NCBI GenBank assembly: GCA_038087875.1
Contig: CM075991.1
Span: 558,001-622,000 of the forward strand
Source of the DNA: Malacoraja senta
Taxonomy: Eukaryota
Direction of reading: 5' to 3'
Length of the DNA stretch: 64,000 nucleotides
Shown: positions 35,153-49,110 of the stretch, one piece after another
Numbering within the stretch: the stretch's first letter is position 1
Layout of the letters: every line of letters begins with the position of its first letter
The notes under the pieces: generated by a model
The model's input: the letters and a program-made list of their open reading frames with translations, nothing else
The model's database searches: none
What the model was told of the DNA's origin: nothing
Made by a program: the position numbers and the translations under genes

Positions 35153-38100
35153 TCTTGAACATCTGGTAAACCTCTTCTGCACTCACTCCAGATCCTCTAT
35201 ATCTTTCCATTTTGGGGGCGATCAGAACTGCACACAATACTCCAAATGTGGCCTAACTAAAGTCCTAAAAAGCTATATCATGACATGCTGACCCTTATAC
35301 TCAATACCTCGTCCAATGAAAGCAAGCATACCATATGCTTTCTTCACCACTCTATCTACCTGTGCTGCCACTTTCAGGGAGTTATGAGCTTGGACCCGAA
35401 GACCGATACATACATCAATGCTGTTATGGGTCTTTCCTTTAACTGTATATTTTCCCCATACATTCTCCTCCCAAAGTGCAACACCTCGCATTTACTTGGA
35501 CTAAACTCCATCTGCCATTTCTCTGCCCATTTCTGTAGCTAATCTATATCCCGCTGCAGAAATGCTGGTTCATATTATCTATCTTTCCATTTCCCTTAGT
35601 CCATCCATTGCCTTAAGGTGGCAGATCCACTGGTCCTTCCTCTCGGTAATAAATTCTCCTCTATTATATATACAAATACAGCTTTTTAATAGTCTGTTAT
35701 GCTCTCATAAGGTGGTGATAAACCACCCATGCAATGTATTGTGCTACACAGCTGCTTTGTGCATCACTCTGATTTACATTGGTCAATACGTGAGTGATTT
35801 GAGACTTTGTTTATGCTTCCTATGTATGTTCGACGTTCTTTGAATGGTTTAGATGCGACAGTGAGAATTCTCTCTTGACACATCGTAACATGAGCCTTGA
35901 TTTCCACGGCCACCTTGTCAAATCTCATGCTTAACGTTGGCAGAATAAAGTCAAAATGCTATAAAAACTGTGTGCCTTTGAGAACATTCAAGTGTTTAAT
36001 TGCATATGGACGGGAAATGGAACAATGACATTGTTGGTGGAAGCAGCTTTACAGACCCATTGATGCATTAACACAACAAATAAATATACAGTAATCAGTA
36101 ACACATTCAATTATCAGTAATACCAGGTAACCGGACCAGACAGAACGGTCTTGATTGATGTACCAGTCCTTAGTTCATGTATTCTTTGAATAAACCACTG
36201 TTCTGAGTAAAACACAAACACAATTGAAGTTGTTTTATTCTGGGCTTTGACCAACTAATTGAATCCACTATATTGCTGGTTCTGGGCTGGCTGCTAGTGT
36301 TCAGCTCCTGTGTATCACTGACTCTGAAACAGCTTCCAATTTAGTTCTGCAACTTTACCCCTGTAACAGAAAGTGCCTGGAAAGGTCCTAAAGAGCGGGT
36401 AGAGCCGCTGCTTCACAGCACCAGAGACTCCTGACCTCAGATGCTGCCTGTGTGGAGTGTGCACGTCCTCCCTGTGATTGCATGGGTTTCCTCCACATCC
36501 TCCAATTTTCACCCACATCCCAAAGGTGTGCGGATTTGTAGGTTAATTGGCCCTCCATAAATTGCCCCTAGTGTGTTAGGAGTGGATGAGGAAGTGGGAT
36601 AACATAGAACTTGTGTGAACGGGTGATCGATGGGCGTTGTGGACTCGATGGGCCGAAGGGCCTTTTCCAAGCTGGATCTCTGAACTAAAATGGTTCTATT
36701 ATCCTTTCAGGAAATATATTTCATATCTCATTCAGCACACGTGTGAAAATAATTCTCATTTGGCCTTCTTCTTGTGCATATTGTTTTAATTCTACAGTTA
36801 CTGACTGAATAGAATGGTTCTGATATACTCCTTAATCTTCACTGCTCTGACACCAGATTACAGATGATACCAAAATTGATGTTGCTGTGGACAATCTCAG
36901 GCTACAGAAAGATATTGATCAATTGATACATTTTGCAGAGCGATAGAGGATGGAATAATGATCAGCATGTAATGATGCTTTTTGTGAGGTCAAATACGAC
37001 TGGGGCAGACACAATGAATAGTCACCCCACAGGGAGTATTGAACAGAGGGATAGGCAGACAATTCCAAATACCCTTGCAAGTGGCAGTGCCGGTAAAAAG
37101 CGGGATAAGGAAATCTTGTGGTTTACTTTTGTTTAGTTTAGAGATACAGGACCTTCGACCCACATCACTAATGCTATCCTACACCCACCAGGGACAATTT
37201 ACAATCTTTACCAAAGCCATTAACCTACAAACCTGTACGTCTTTGGAGTGTGGCAGGAAACCGGGGATCCCGGAGAAAACCCACGCAGGTCACGGGGCGA
37301 AAGGACAAACTCCGTACAGACAGCACTCGTGGTCAGGATCGAACCTGGATCTCTAGGGCTGTAATGCAGCAACTCTACCGCTGCACAACCGTGCTGGCCT
37401 TATGGGATGCTTGCTGAGTCTTGCTGTCAAAAGCCAAGGCTTGCAACGGGGGGGAAGGGAGCTAATGGTGCAACTTTATAAAGTAGAGATAAAAGAATCT
37501 TAAACAAAACACAAAGTGCTGGAGAATTCAGCAGCTCAGGCAGCATCTATGGAGGGAATGGATGATGGATGACATTTTGGCTAAGGACCCTTTACAAAAT
37601 ATTGATGAAGCCACATGTGGAATATAATGTGCAGTTCTGGGCAGCTCAGATGAGAATGGATGTTATTACACTAGAGGGGGTGCAGGAAAGATCCACTGGC
37701 ACCATTTAAAGTTTTTTTAGTTTGGAGATACAGCATGGAATCAGGCCCTTTGGCCTTTCGGTCCACACTAACCAGTGATCCCTGCACACCAACACTATCC
37801 TACACACACTGGGGACAATTTACAATTTTTCCGAAGCCAAATAACCTACAAACCTGTACGTCTTTGGAGTGTCGGAGGAAACCGGAATAAACCGGAGAAA
37901 ACCCACGTGGTCACGGGGATAACATACAAACGGCGTACAGATAGCACCCGTAGTCAGGATCTAACCCAGGTCTCTGGTGCTGTAAGGCAGCAACTCTACC
38001 GCTGCGCCACAGTGCCACCTGATATATATTTCATCATAATTCATCCATTGATTTAAGTCCTCCACATGAGACCTAAGCAGTAACTCATAAACTGCATGCA

Positions 38101-38299
38101 TGACTTGCCCCTATTTAAAAACTAATTACTGCACAGACTCTCTCAATCATCTCTCCAGCCATTCTACCAATTATTTCCTGGAGATTTATCCTTCCCCACC
38201 ATCAAAATAATCCACTCTCCATAATTTCCTTCTGCAGTGTTTCACATTGCATCTTGAATGTGTTTCTCCAACTAGCACAGACAGCCACCACACGGTCCT

Positions 38300-38590
38300 T
38301 GACAGATCTGGGTCAGGATCCAGTGGCATGGAATCCAAGACGACCGGAGACCCTTTTCTGCCGCAGCCTTCATCCGCCTTCCCAGCTGTTGTTACTCTCC
38401 ACTAAAGTCAGCCATTATCCTCCGCTTGTTCCACCGTTGAGGTCTTGGTTGGATTGCTCTTTGTCAGGGACCTCCCCCTCAAACTTACCGCCATGGGTGA
38501 CCCTACCAGCATTGCTTCAGACGCATCACTCTCAGGATCTCAGGACCACACAAGCTTCTCTACCACGACAAAGTAACAATCCACGGAAAT
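38300..38590. mobile_element. probable RTE-related SINE or 5'UTR fragment
   Basis: GCCATGGGTGACCCTACCAG...CACACAAGCTTCTCTACCACGACAAAG resembles RTE-associated repeats; recognised from memory only. Confidence 0.35.
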
Positions 38591-38804
38591 ACTGTATATC
38601 TGTCCGATAAAAGTCATAACTGTTTCTGCTGCTATATCTTCCTCTGAAAGCTCATTCCAGATACAGACTACCCTCTGAATGAGAAAGTTGCTCCTGAGAT
38701 CCCGGACGATTAGGTGAAAGATTTCCCTTTGAGATGAAGGAGTAGGAATAAACAGGAGATAGCAACAGGTTGTTAATGAGGAAGAATCAGTGTAGGTGGA
38801 AGAC

Positions 38805-39335
38805 AATAGACAATAGACAATAGGTGCATGAGTAGGCCATTCGGCCCTTCGAGCCAGCACCGCCATTCAATGTGATCATGGCTGATCATCCCCAATCAGT
38901 ACCCCGTTCCTGCCTTCTCCCCATATCCGCTGACTCCGCTATTTTTAAGAGCCCTATCTAGCTCTCTCTTGAAAGCATCCAGAGAACCCGCCTCCACCGC
39001 CCTCTGAGGCAGAGAATTCCACAGACTCACAGCTCTGTGTGAAAAAGTGTTTCCTCGTCTCAGTTCTAAATGGCTTACTCCTTATTCTTAAACTGTGGCC
39101 CCTGATTCTGGACTCCCCCAACATCGGGAACATGTTTCCTGCCTCTAGCGTGTCCAAACCCTCAACAATCTTATATGTTTCAATGAGATCCCCTCCCATC
39201 CTTCTAAACTCCAGAGTGTACAAGCCCAGCTGCTCCATTCTCTCAGCATATGACAGTCCCGCCATCCCGGGAATTAACCTTGTAAACCTACGCTGCACTC
39301 CCTCAATAGCAAGAATGTCCTTCCTCAAATTAGGA
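38805..39335 (-). mobile_element. CR1 LINE 3' fragment
   Basis: PNLRKDILAIEGVQRRFTRLIPG...; octamer tail (TCTATTG). Confidence 0.85.
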
Positions 39336-39868
39336 AGATAATGCAAAATATGTACGGCCATCCCCCTTGGCAGATAAAGGGGAAAGACAGAATATTTTTG
39401 CATGGTGTGAGACTGAATGTAGTGTTGTTGTATACATGATATTTTGTGTATTATATACAAGTTGCCTCCCGGCGGGCCATGGAGAAGCCGAGGCCAGAGC
39501 CTCACGAGTTGACGGAGCCTGTGGCTGGGACCTGGGTCGGCTTGGTGCCACGGTGAGGTCCCGCCAGCAATAGTGGAGAGGTCGGTGCAGCGGTCGATGG
39601 GCGAGGACACATCACGTGGGAGTGAAGATGCCGCTGCCGGAGGAAGGAACAATAGAGGACCCGACGTGGGGGGATGGGGGGACGGGGGAGAACAAAGGGG
39701 GACCTGGCGCAGTCTTGTATACTTTGGAACTTTGTAAGAGCCCTTTTATGTAAGCGCCCTTATACAGAATCTTTCTGCAAACATTTAGACTATAATTAGA
39801 ATAGCTTGTATCTTTCTCCTCAGGCAGAGTTAAAACTTAACTCTTTTAAGGTAGATTTTAAAGCAGAA

Positions 39869-40645
39869 ATGCTTTCTACCGTTCAAGAAATACTGGAAGT
39901 CTGGAAGAGGTCGAGGGAGGAGGAGGTCAAGGAACAGATGGAAGTGCTGGAAGCAAGGCTCGTTTCGGTGGAAGCGAGCGTTAAAATGGAGGTGGACCCC
40001 ATTCATCAAGAACTCGAACAACATAGAACAGCGATAATCGAACTTGAGAAATGGGCGGCGACAAGTGGGGAAACTGTAGGTCGACTCATTATTGAAAACC
40101 AACGCCTCACCGATATGGTGATCAAATTAAGTGATAAATGTACCGATTTGGAGGGGCGTCAAAGACGTAAGAATCTAAGAATTGTAGGGGTGAAAGAAGG
40201 AAGTGAGAGGGAAATGGGCCCTCGGGATTTTGTGGCAGACCTACTACAAAAAGTCTTAAAATTGGATCAAAAACCTTTACTCGGTCGAGCTCATAGAGCG
40301 CAGCGGCGTCGTACACAAGATGATGCCCATCCAAGACAAATTATCGTAAAGGTGCAACTGGATCATGAATTTGACGAAATAATGAAGAAAATTGTCCGAG
40401 GCGGACAGCTCCATTTTGAAGGTGGGAGGTTCAGTATCTACCGAGATTATCCGGCAGAGGTCTTCAAGAAAAGGGCGCTGTTCACTGAGACAAAAAGAAT
40501 ACTGAAGAATGTACCTGATTTGAGATACGGCCTGCTCTACCCCGCAAGACTAAGAGTCACCTACAAGAACAAGGAGCAATTTTTTACAGACCATGAAAAA
40601 GCACTGGAATTCGCCAAAGAAATTGGGAACGTGACCGCAGACTGA
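39869..40645 (+). CDS. L1 ORF1p (coiled coil - RRM - CTD), open but probably N-truncated
   Basis: DLEGRQRRKNLRIVGVKEG, RAHR, PRQIIVK, SIYRDYPAEVFKKR, YGLLYPARLRVTY. Confidence 0.85.
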   Translation: MLSTVQEILEVWKRSREEEVKEQMEVLEARLVSVEASVKMEVDPIHQELEQHRTAIIELEKWAATSGETVGRLIIENQRLTDMVIKLSDKCTDLEGRQRRKNLRIVGVKEGSEREMGPRDFVADLLQKVLKLDQKPLLGRAHRAQRRRTQDDAHPRQIIVKVQLDHEFDEIMKKIVRGGQLHFEGGRFSIYRDYPAEVFKKRALFTETKRILKNVPDLRYGLLYPARLRVTYKNKEQFFTDHEKALEFAKEIGNVTAD

Positions 40646-41106
40646 AGAATTTACATTACCCTTCAGGAGTCAAGGATTAACGGGACCGCCAGATCTAAAA
40701 GGATCTTTAAAGTTCTTTTAAGAGCTTTAAGGACATTTGAAAACCGAATGGACGGTGGACATTGGAGAAAACCGTGTTTTTTTTTTTAAATTTTATTAAT
40801 TTTTAAAATATTTTTATTAATCACTATTATTATCTGTATATTCATATCTAACTATATATGTAATAACTAATACTTATTAAATATCTATATTACTACTAAA
40901 ATGATTAACATTTATATTACTCATAAAAATTTAATAATGGGTATGATTGATAACAATGATTAATAACTAATTATTTCTCAATTTAAAATTAAATTTATAG
41001 ATTTAGCGAGGATATTAATATGATATGTAGAGTATAACAATATTATGAATTTATTCTGTTCTCGGACTTTTCTGCAGGGATGCGTGCTTATGTATGTATG
41101 CATGTG

Positions 41107-41145
<39 letters not shown>

Positions 41146-41570
41146 ATGTGTATATATGTATGTATATGTGTGCGTATATATGGGTATGTATATATGTTTG
41201 TTACTCCCAAAGAAATTATTTGATTATTAGAAATAATCTTTTTTTTTTCGGCACGGAGCTGGGAATTTTTTTTTTACAAAGGCTACGGAAGTCTTTAGAA
41301 TTCTAGCCACGTTAGTGTGGCTATCACTAACTACACTAATTGTAGATGTAGTTTTTTTTCTTTCACCCTATACTAACCAATTCTATCACTTTTTTCACTT
41401 TAAATATTTTTATAACTTAATGTTTGAATGGAAAAACAAGAATAATACAAGGAGATGTGTTCGGAAGAACGATGTATATGATTTTAAATTCATCTATTTG
41501 AGGTTCAGGAGCAAGGTCAGGTTTTATGTGTTGCACCTTCTGCTCGGTTATAGACCACCTTAGAAACAAT

Positions 41571-44500
41571 ATGCAAGATGTTAATATGACAAGAGGGGGT
41601 CAGGGAATAACATTTTGTAGTTGGAATGTCAAGGGAATCAATGAACCAATTAAGAGAGGTAAAGTCTTGGCACATCTAAATTCAATCAAAGCAGATATTA
41701 TATTCCTTCAAGAAACACACCTTAAAAAGGAATCTCAACACAGACTTAAAGCTAAGTGGATCGCTGAATCATATCATTCCTACTTTTCCCATAAGTCCAG
41801 AGGTGTTGGAATATTAATTCGTAAAGGAATACCTTTTACGAATTCATCAACAATAGCGGATATTGATGGTAGATATATTATATTAGTTGGAGAGCTAAAT
41901 GGAGAAAAAGTGATTCTTCTGAATGTATATGGGCCTAATTTTGATAACCCTATGTTCTTTAATAAAGCATTTAATAAAATTCCTGAATTTACACAATATA
42001 AATTAATAATTGGAGGAGACTTCAACTGTACATTAGATTCATACTTAGATAGATCATCAAGGCAAAAAAAAGTAAAATCTCAATCAAGTGTATTTCTAAA
42101 TTCATTTATTAATACCACTAATATTAAGGATGTCTGGAGAATAGAAAATCCAACTGGACGGGAATATTCATTTTACTCTCCAGTACACAAAACATACTCA
42201 AGAATAGATTATTTTTTAGTTGACTCCACGTTTATCCCATTTACTTATAACTCAAAATACCATAATATTATAATCTCAGACCACGCACCTGTAACATTTA
42301 TGATTAAATTAAATGGAATGTCCGAGAAACAAACATATTGGAGATTTAACCCACAAATCTTGAACGAAAGATCATGCCAGGAATATATTATTAAACAGAT
42401 TCAAATATTTTTTGAGGTAAATGACAACCCTGACACACCTACTTCTCTTATGTGGGAAACGTTTAAAGCGTTTGTTCGAGGTGCATTAATCTCTGCTCAA
42501 GTATTTTATAATAAAGAGAACAGGATTAAACAACAAACATTGGAAAGGGAAATCAAACAACTAGATTTAGACAATGCGAGAATGCCATCTATTTCAAAAC
42601 ATAATAAAATTGCTGTATTGAAATATAAATTAAATAAAATGTATTCAGAACAAGTAATAAAACTTTATCAAAAAACCAAACAATTACATTTTGAATTTGG
42701 AGATAAACCACAAAAACTATTAGCACGTCAGTTACGAAAAATGGAAGGGGAAAAAATAATTCATAAAATCAGAACAGAGACAGGAGAATTATTAAAAATG
42801 CCCAAGGACATAAATGAAAGATTTCTCCAATACTATCATAACCTTTATTCAACTAAAACTGTAACACAAACGGAAGGAATAGCAGATTTTTTACTAAAAT
42901 GTAATTTAAAAGGTTTAGATTCAAATGATAGAGAATTATTAGAAAGGGAGATTACGATAAAGGATATTGAGGAGTCTATTGGCTCTTTAAAAAATGGTAA
43001 AGCAGTAGGACCAGATGGTTTAGGCTCTGAATTTTATTAAAAAATGTATGACTTGCTATGCCCACGTTTACAAAGGCTGTATGAGCATATCTATACTCAA
43101 CAGAAACTCCCAGATACTTTAAATGAATCTATAATAACACTTATTCCTAAAGCTGATAAAGATCCGGAAGATCCGGGATCATATAGAGCAATTGCACTTT
43201 TAAATACAGATCAGAAAATATTAACTAAAATACTAGCGCATAGATTAAGTACGGTGATGAATAAAATAATACACGCTGACCAAACAGGCTTTATTCAGAA
43301 ACGGTACTCATATTATAATCTAAGAAGATTATTTAATATTATTTATTCTAAGAGAATCATTAATGAAGATCTAGCAATAATCTCACTCGATGCTGAAAAA
43401 GCATTTGATCAGGTTGAATGGTCTTATTTATTTTCAGTGATGGAAAATATGCAACTAGGGGAGAAATTCCGTACATGGATAAAACTGTTATATACAAATC
43501 CTACGGCTAGAATATTAACAAATCAAAGGTTGTCATCAAAATTCAGCCTATCTAGAGGTTGTAGACAAGGATGCCCGTTATCTCCATTATTATTTGCGCT
43601 AGCTATTGAGCCACTTGCAGAAAGAGTTAGGGGTCATCCGGAAATATATGGGTATATCACAAAGGACACAGTGAATAAAATTTCTCTATACGCAGATGAT
43701 GTACTAATTTACATTACAAAACCAGAAATTAGTATTCCAAACTTATTAGAGCTAATAACCCAATTTGGTTCACTCTCAGGATACAGAATAAATTGGAATA
43801 AAAGTGAAATTATGCCAATAAGGGAACATAACAAACACATAATACAACAATTTCCATTTAAAATAGTAAATGAAAAATTTAAATACCTAGGTATCTATGT
43901 AACTAAGATATATACATCATTATTTAAAGCAAATTTCCCCCCATTATTGAATAAACTACATAAGAATATTCAATACTGGAAAACACTTCCTATCTCAATG
44001 ATTGGCAAAATTAATGCCATAAAAATGATTTTTTTACCGCAAATATTATATCTTTTTCAGACAATTCCGATATATTTGTCAAAAAACTTTTTTTTTAAAT
44101 TGGACTCTATTGTTAATGATTTTATCTGGGATTATAAGAATCATAGGATAAACAAAAGACATTTGTGTAAATCAAAAATAAATGGAGGTTTGGTTTTACC
44201 CAACTTTCTGTTTTATTTTTGGGCAGTTAATATTAAAAATATGAATTTCTGGTTGGAAGAAATAGAACAACAACCAGATTGGTTAAAAATGGAAAAGGAA
44301 GATTGTTTGCCTTTTGATATCGGTTCGATATTATTTGCTACATCTAAATTAAACAAAAAAAATTATAGGGAAAACCCTATAATATTTAGTGCCATACGAA
44401 TTTGGAAACAATTAAAAAAGACATTAAAATTAGATAATTTATCACTTTTTCTCCCAATTGTGAATAACCCTTTGTTTAAACCCTCATGGTTGGACAGGGG

Positions 44501-45381
44501 TTTTACACAATGGAAGAATTATGGAATTAAAAATATGGGACAACTTTATAAGGAAGGCACTTTTCTGACATTTCAGGAGTTGCAACAGACTTATGGACTT
44601 CGAGGAAATGATTATTTCAGATATCTTCAACTCAGAGATTATGTAAAATCGAATACTCAAAACTTTCGAATTAGAAATTCAGAAATTCTTGACGAATGTT
44701 GGAATAAACATCCTAATACAGAAAAATTAATATCTTATATATATATCTTATTAGACAGTGACATTCCATCGACGGACTTACACAGACAAACATGGGAAAA
44801 AGAATTAAATCAAATAATAACGAAAGATACTTGGGAAGAAAGTTTACAACATATACATCAATGTTCATTAAATGCCAGACATTCTTTAATACAATTTAAA
44901 GTAATACATAGATTACATTATTCAAAAACAAAATTACATAAAATCTTTCAACATATCTCACCTATATGTGATAAATGTCAACATTTAGAAGCTACCTTAT
45001 CTCATATGTTTGCAAACTGTACAAAAATTAAAAAATTCTGGGTAAATATTTTTAGTATAATATCTAAAGTGACCAGCACAAGTGGACCCGGATCCAAAAT
45101 TTATAATACTCGGAACATCAGAATTAAATCAAACATTTACAACAACACAAAGAAACTTTATTGATTATAGTATAATAACAGGAAAAAAATTAATTCTAAA
45201 ATTTTGGAAAGGCCCTACGGCCCCCACAATCAAAATGTGGATTATAGAAATGACGGAGACCTTAAACGTGGAAAGAATCAGATTTTCCCTGTTGGACAAA
45301 CAGGAATTATTCGTTGGAACATGGTCTCCCTTTATTGATTATTTAAAGGGTCAGAATGGTTCAGCACGGGAACCTGACTAA
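41571..45381 (+). pseudogene. L1 ORF2p (APE endonuclease - RT - CCHC) with one in-frame stop (43038-43040) and one late frameshift (~45080)
   Basis: SWNVKGIN, LQETHL, GGDFN, SRIDY, SDHAP, GPDG, DAEKAFD, GCRQGCPLSP, YADD, CDKC...SHMFANC. Confidence 0.92.
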
Positions 45382-45931
45382 TGCTCGGGCTAAAAAATGG
45401 ATGAAATGCTATATTCTGAAATGTACGAATATATCTCGAATGAAGTTTTTTATTTTAATAAATTTTTCCACTCTAACTATCTTTCTCTTTTGTTTTTGTT
45501 TTTTTTTGTGTTTTTTGTTTTTTGTTTTTTTTTTCTCTCTTTTTCTTCTCTTTCTTTTCTTTCTTTACTTCATCTATCTTTTTAGTTCTATCTAGTTTAA
45601 AATTTAAAAAAAAGGCAAAAGGTATTGGAGACAATGTAATAATAATTGATAATATTATCAATTTAAAAATGTAAGACTGTAATGATGTTAATAGGTTATG
45701 TACTTATCTCCAATAAAAAATATTTTCAAAAAAAAAAAGAAAGAATAGCTTGTATCTTTCTCCTCAGGCACAATGCGATGACAATGATGAGATTGCAGTA
45801 AAGGCTGGTCAGATTTATTCTTGGGACAGTGGGATTGTCATTTGAGGAAAGTTGAAGAAGCTGGTCCAATACTCTCCAATGGATTATAGACTGGAGGAGA
45901 TCTCTGTGACGTGTATGAGATTCACACAGGA

Positions 45932-46932
45932 TGTTCATTATGCCTTTGTTCACTATGCCTTTGTTCACTATGCCCTGGTTCACTATGCCCTTTGTTCACT
46001 ATGCCCTTTGTTCACTATGCCCTGGTTCACTATGCCCTTTGTTCACTATGCCCTTTGTTCACTATGCCCTTTGTTCACTATGCCTGGTTCACTATGCCCT
46101 GGTTCAATATGCCCCGGTTCACTATGCCCTGGTTCAATATGCCCTTTGTTCACTATGCCCTTTGTTCACTATGCCCTTTGTTCACTATGCCTGGTTCACT
46201 ATGCCCTTTGTTCACTATGCCCTTTGTTCACTATGACCTTTGTTCACTATGCCCTGGTTCACTATGCCCTTTGTTCACTAGGCCCTTTGTTCACTAGGCC
46301 CTGGTTCACTATGCCCTTTGTTCACTAGGCCCTGGTTCACTATGCCCTTTGTTCACTATGCCCTTCGTTCACTATGCCCTTTGTTCACTATGCCCTTTGT
46401 TCACTAGGCCCTGGTTCACTAGGCCCTGGTTCACTATGCCCTTTGTTCACTATGCCCTTTGTTCACTATGCCCTTTGTTCACGATGCCCTGGTTCACTAT
46501 GCCCTTTGTTCACTAGGCCCTTTGTTCACTAGGCCCTGGTTCACTATGCCCTTTGTTCACTAGGCCCTGGTTCACTAGACCCTTTGTTCACTATGCCCTT
46601 CGTTCACTATGCCCTTTGTTCACTATGCCCTTTGTTCACTAGGCCCTGGTTCACTAGGCCCTGGTTCACTAGGCCCTGGTTCACTATGCCCTTTGTTCAC
46701 TATGCCCTTTGTTCACTAGGCCCTGGTTCAATATGCCCTTTGTTCACTATGCCCTTTGTTCACTATGCCCTTTGTTCACTATGCCCTGGTTCACTATGCC
46801 CTGGTTCACTAGGCCCTGGTTCACTATGCCCTTTGTTCACTATGCCCTTTGTTCACTAGGCCCTGGTTCACTATGCCCTTTGTTCACTATGCCTTCGTTC
46901 AATATGCCCTGGTTCTCCTACCCCTGGTTCAC
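45932..46932. repeat. 16/17-bp minisatellite, ~60 units
   Basis: Interspersed variants GTTCACTATGCCCTTT, GTTCACTATGCCCTG and GTTCACTAGGCCCTG. Confidence 0.97.
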
Positions 46933-48054
46933 TTCCCTTTCAGTGGGTTTGGGGGAATTTGTAGAGACAGTGTCTCTCTCTCTGTTCCAGTGCTGTAAGT
47001 AGTCAGCACTCCCACGTAACAGTGTGATCTCTTCAATGCTGCTTAAACAAAGCCCTGCCTTCTGGACGCTGGTGGCTGGCTGACAGCTTCACTGACTGGT
47101 GAGGAGTAATGTCCATCAAATAGATTGCCAGGAGTGGCCAGGTCAGAACTATGAAGCCCCTCTCTCAGCTATTGCTCTAAGCTGTGTGATGCGGGGAATA
47201 GTCATAGAGTGATACAGTGTGGAATCAGGCACTTCGGCCCAACTTGCCCACACCGTCCAACATGTGCCAGCTACACCAGTCCCACCTGCCTGCGTTTGGT
47301 CCATATCCCTCCAAACCTGTCCTATCCATGTACCTGTCTAACTGTTTCTTAAACGTTGAGATAGTCCCAGCCTCAACTACCTCCTCTGGCAGCTTGTTTC
47401 ATACACTCACAACCCTTTGTGTGAAAAAGTTACCCCTCAGATTCCAATAAATCTTTTCCCCTTCACCTTGAACCTATATCCTCGAGTCCTCGATTCCCCT
47501 ACTCTGGGCAAGAGATTCTGTGCATCTACCCGATCTATTCTGCTCATGATTTTATACACCTCTATAAGATCACCCCTCATCCTACTGCACTCCAAGCAAT
47601 AGATACCCAGCCTACTCAACCTACAGCTCAGACCCTCTAGTCCTGGCAACATCCTCATGAATTTTCTCTCAACCCTTTCAAGCTTGAAAATATCTTTCTT
47701 ATAACATGGTCCCCAGAACTGAACACAATACTCTAAATGCGGTCTCACCAACATCCTATACAACTGCAACATAACCTCCCAACTTCTATACTAGTTGGAA
47801 GGGAACAGGTGGGGTGGAAACAACAGAACACCTCATGCACCACCTGGGGTTATTTAAAAATATATATGTTTTGCATTAATGTTGTTGGTTTTCTGCACAG
47901 TCTTCATTTAGAATTTTAAATGTAATTTCTGTATAATTTGTGTTTTGTGTTGTGGATTCACCTCTACCCGATTGGACTTTGTCTCTGAAAGGCCTCGATA
48001 GAATGGATGTGGAGAGGATGTTTCCAACAGTTGGAGAGTCTAGGACCAGAGGTC

Positions 48055-49110
48055 ATAGAAACATAGAAAATAGGTGCAGGAGGAGGCCATTCGGCCCTTC
48101 GAGCCAGCAACGCCATTCATTGTGATCATGGCTGATCGTCCCCAATCAATAACCCGTGCCTGCCTTCTCCCCATATCCCTTGATTCCACTAGCCCCTAGA
48201 GCTCTATCCAACTCTCTCTTAAACCCATCCAGTGATTTGGCCTCCACTGCCCTCTGTTGCAGGGAATTCCACAAATTCACAACTCTCTGGGTGAAAACGT
48301 TTATTCTCACCTCAGTCTTAAATGGACTCCCTTTTATTCTAAGACTGGTTCTGGACTCGCCCAACATTGGGAACATTTTTCCTGCATCTAGCTTGTCCAG
48401 TCCTTTTATAAGTTTCTATAAGATTCCCCCTCAAACTTCTAAACTCCAGTGAATACAAGCCTAGTCTTTTCAATCTTTCCTCATATGACAGTCCCACCAT
48501 CCCAGGGATCAATCTCGTGAACCTACGCTGCACTGCGTCAATCACAAGGATGTCCTACCTCAAATTAGGAGACTAAAACTGTACACAATACTCCAGATGT
48601 GGTCGTACCAGAGCCCTATACAACTGCAGAAAAACCTCTTTACTCCTATACTGAAATCCTCTTGTTATGAAGGCCAACATTCCATTAGCTTTCTTCACTG
48701 CCTGCTGTACCTGCACGCCAACTTTCAGTGACTGGTGTACAAGGACACCCAGGTCTCGCTGCACCTCCCCCTTACCTAACCTAACCCCATTGAGATAAAA
48801 ATCTGCACCCTTGTTTTTGCCGCCAAAGTGGATAACCTCACATTTATCTATATTATACTGCATCTGCCACTCATCTGCTCGCTCACTCGACCTGTCACCC
48901 TGCAACCTCCTAACATCCTCTTCACAGTTCACATTGCCACCCAGCTTTGTGTCATCTGCAAACTTGCTAGTGTTGCTCCTAATTCCTTGTTCCAAATCAT
49001 TAATATATATGGTAAACAGTTGCGGCCCCAACACCGAGCCTTGCGGCACTCCACTCACCACTGCCTGCCATTCTGAAAAGGACCCGTTCACTCCTACTCT
49101 TTGCCTATAG
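48055..49110 (-). mobile_element. CR1 3' fragment (inverted paralog of ~56375-57432)
   Basis: RT C-terminus plus (CATAGAAA)n tail; shares stop codons with the copy at 55718. Confidence 0.9.

Larger units (their letters stand above)
39827..45741 (+). mobile_element. near-full-length L1 with 29-bp TSD
   Basis: ORF1, spacer, ORF2, T-rich UTR, AATAAA and poly(A). TSD AGAATAGCTTGTATCTTTCTCCTCAGGCA at 39798-39826 and 45742-45770. Confidence 0.95.

Noticed and set aside
45852..47002. Cys/Pro-rich repetitive ORFs; CRISPR-like appearance
   Set aside because: Head-to-tail minisatellite without unique spacers, in a eukaryotic context with no cas genes.
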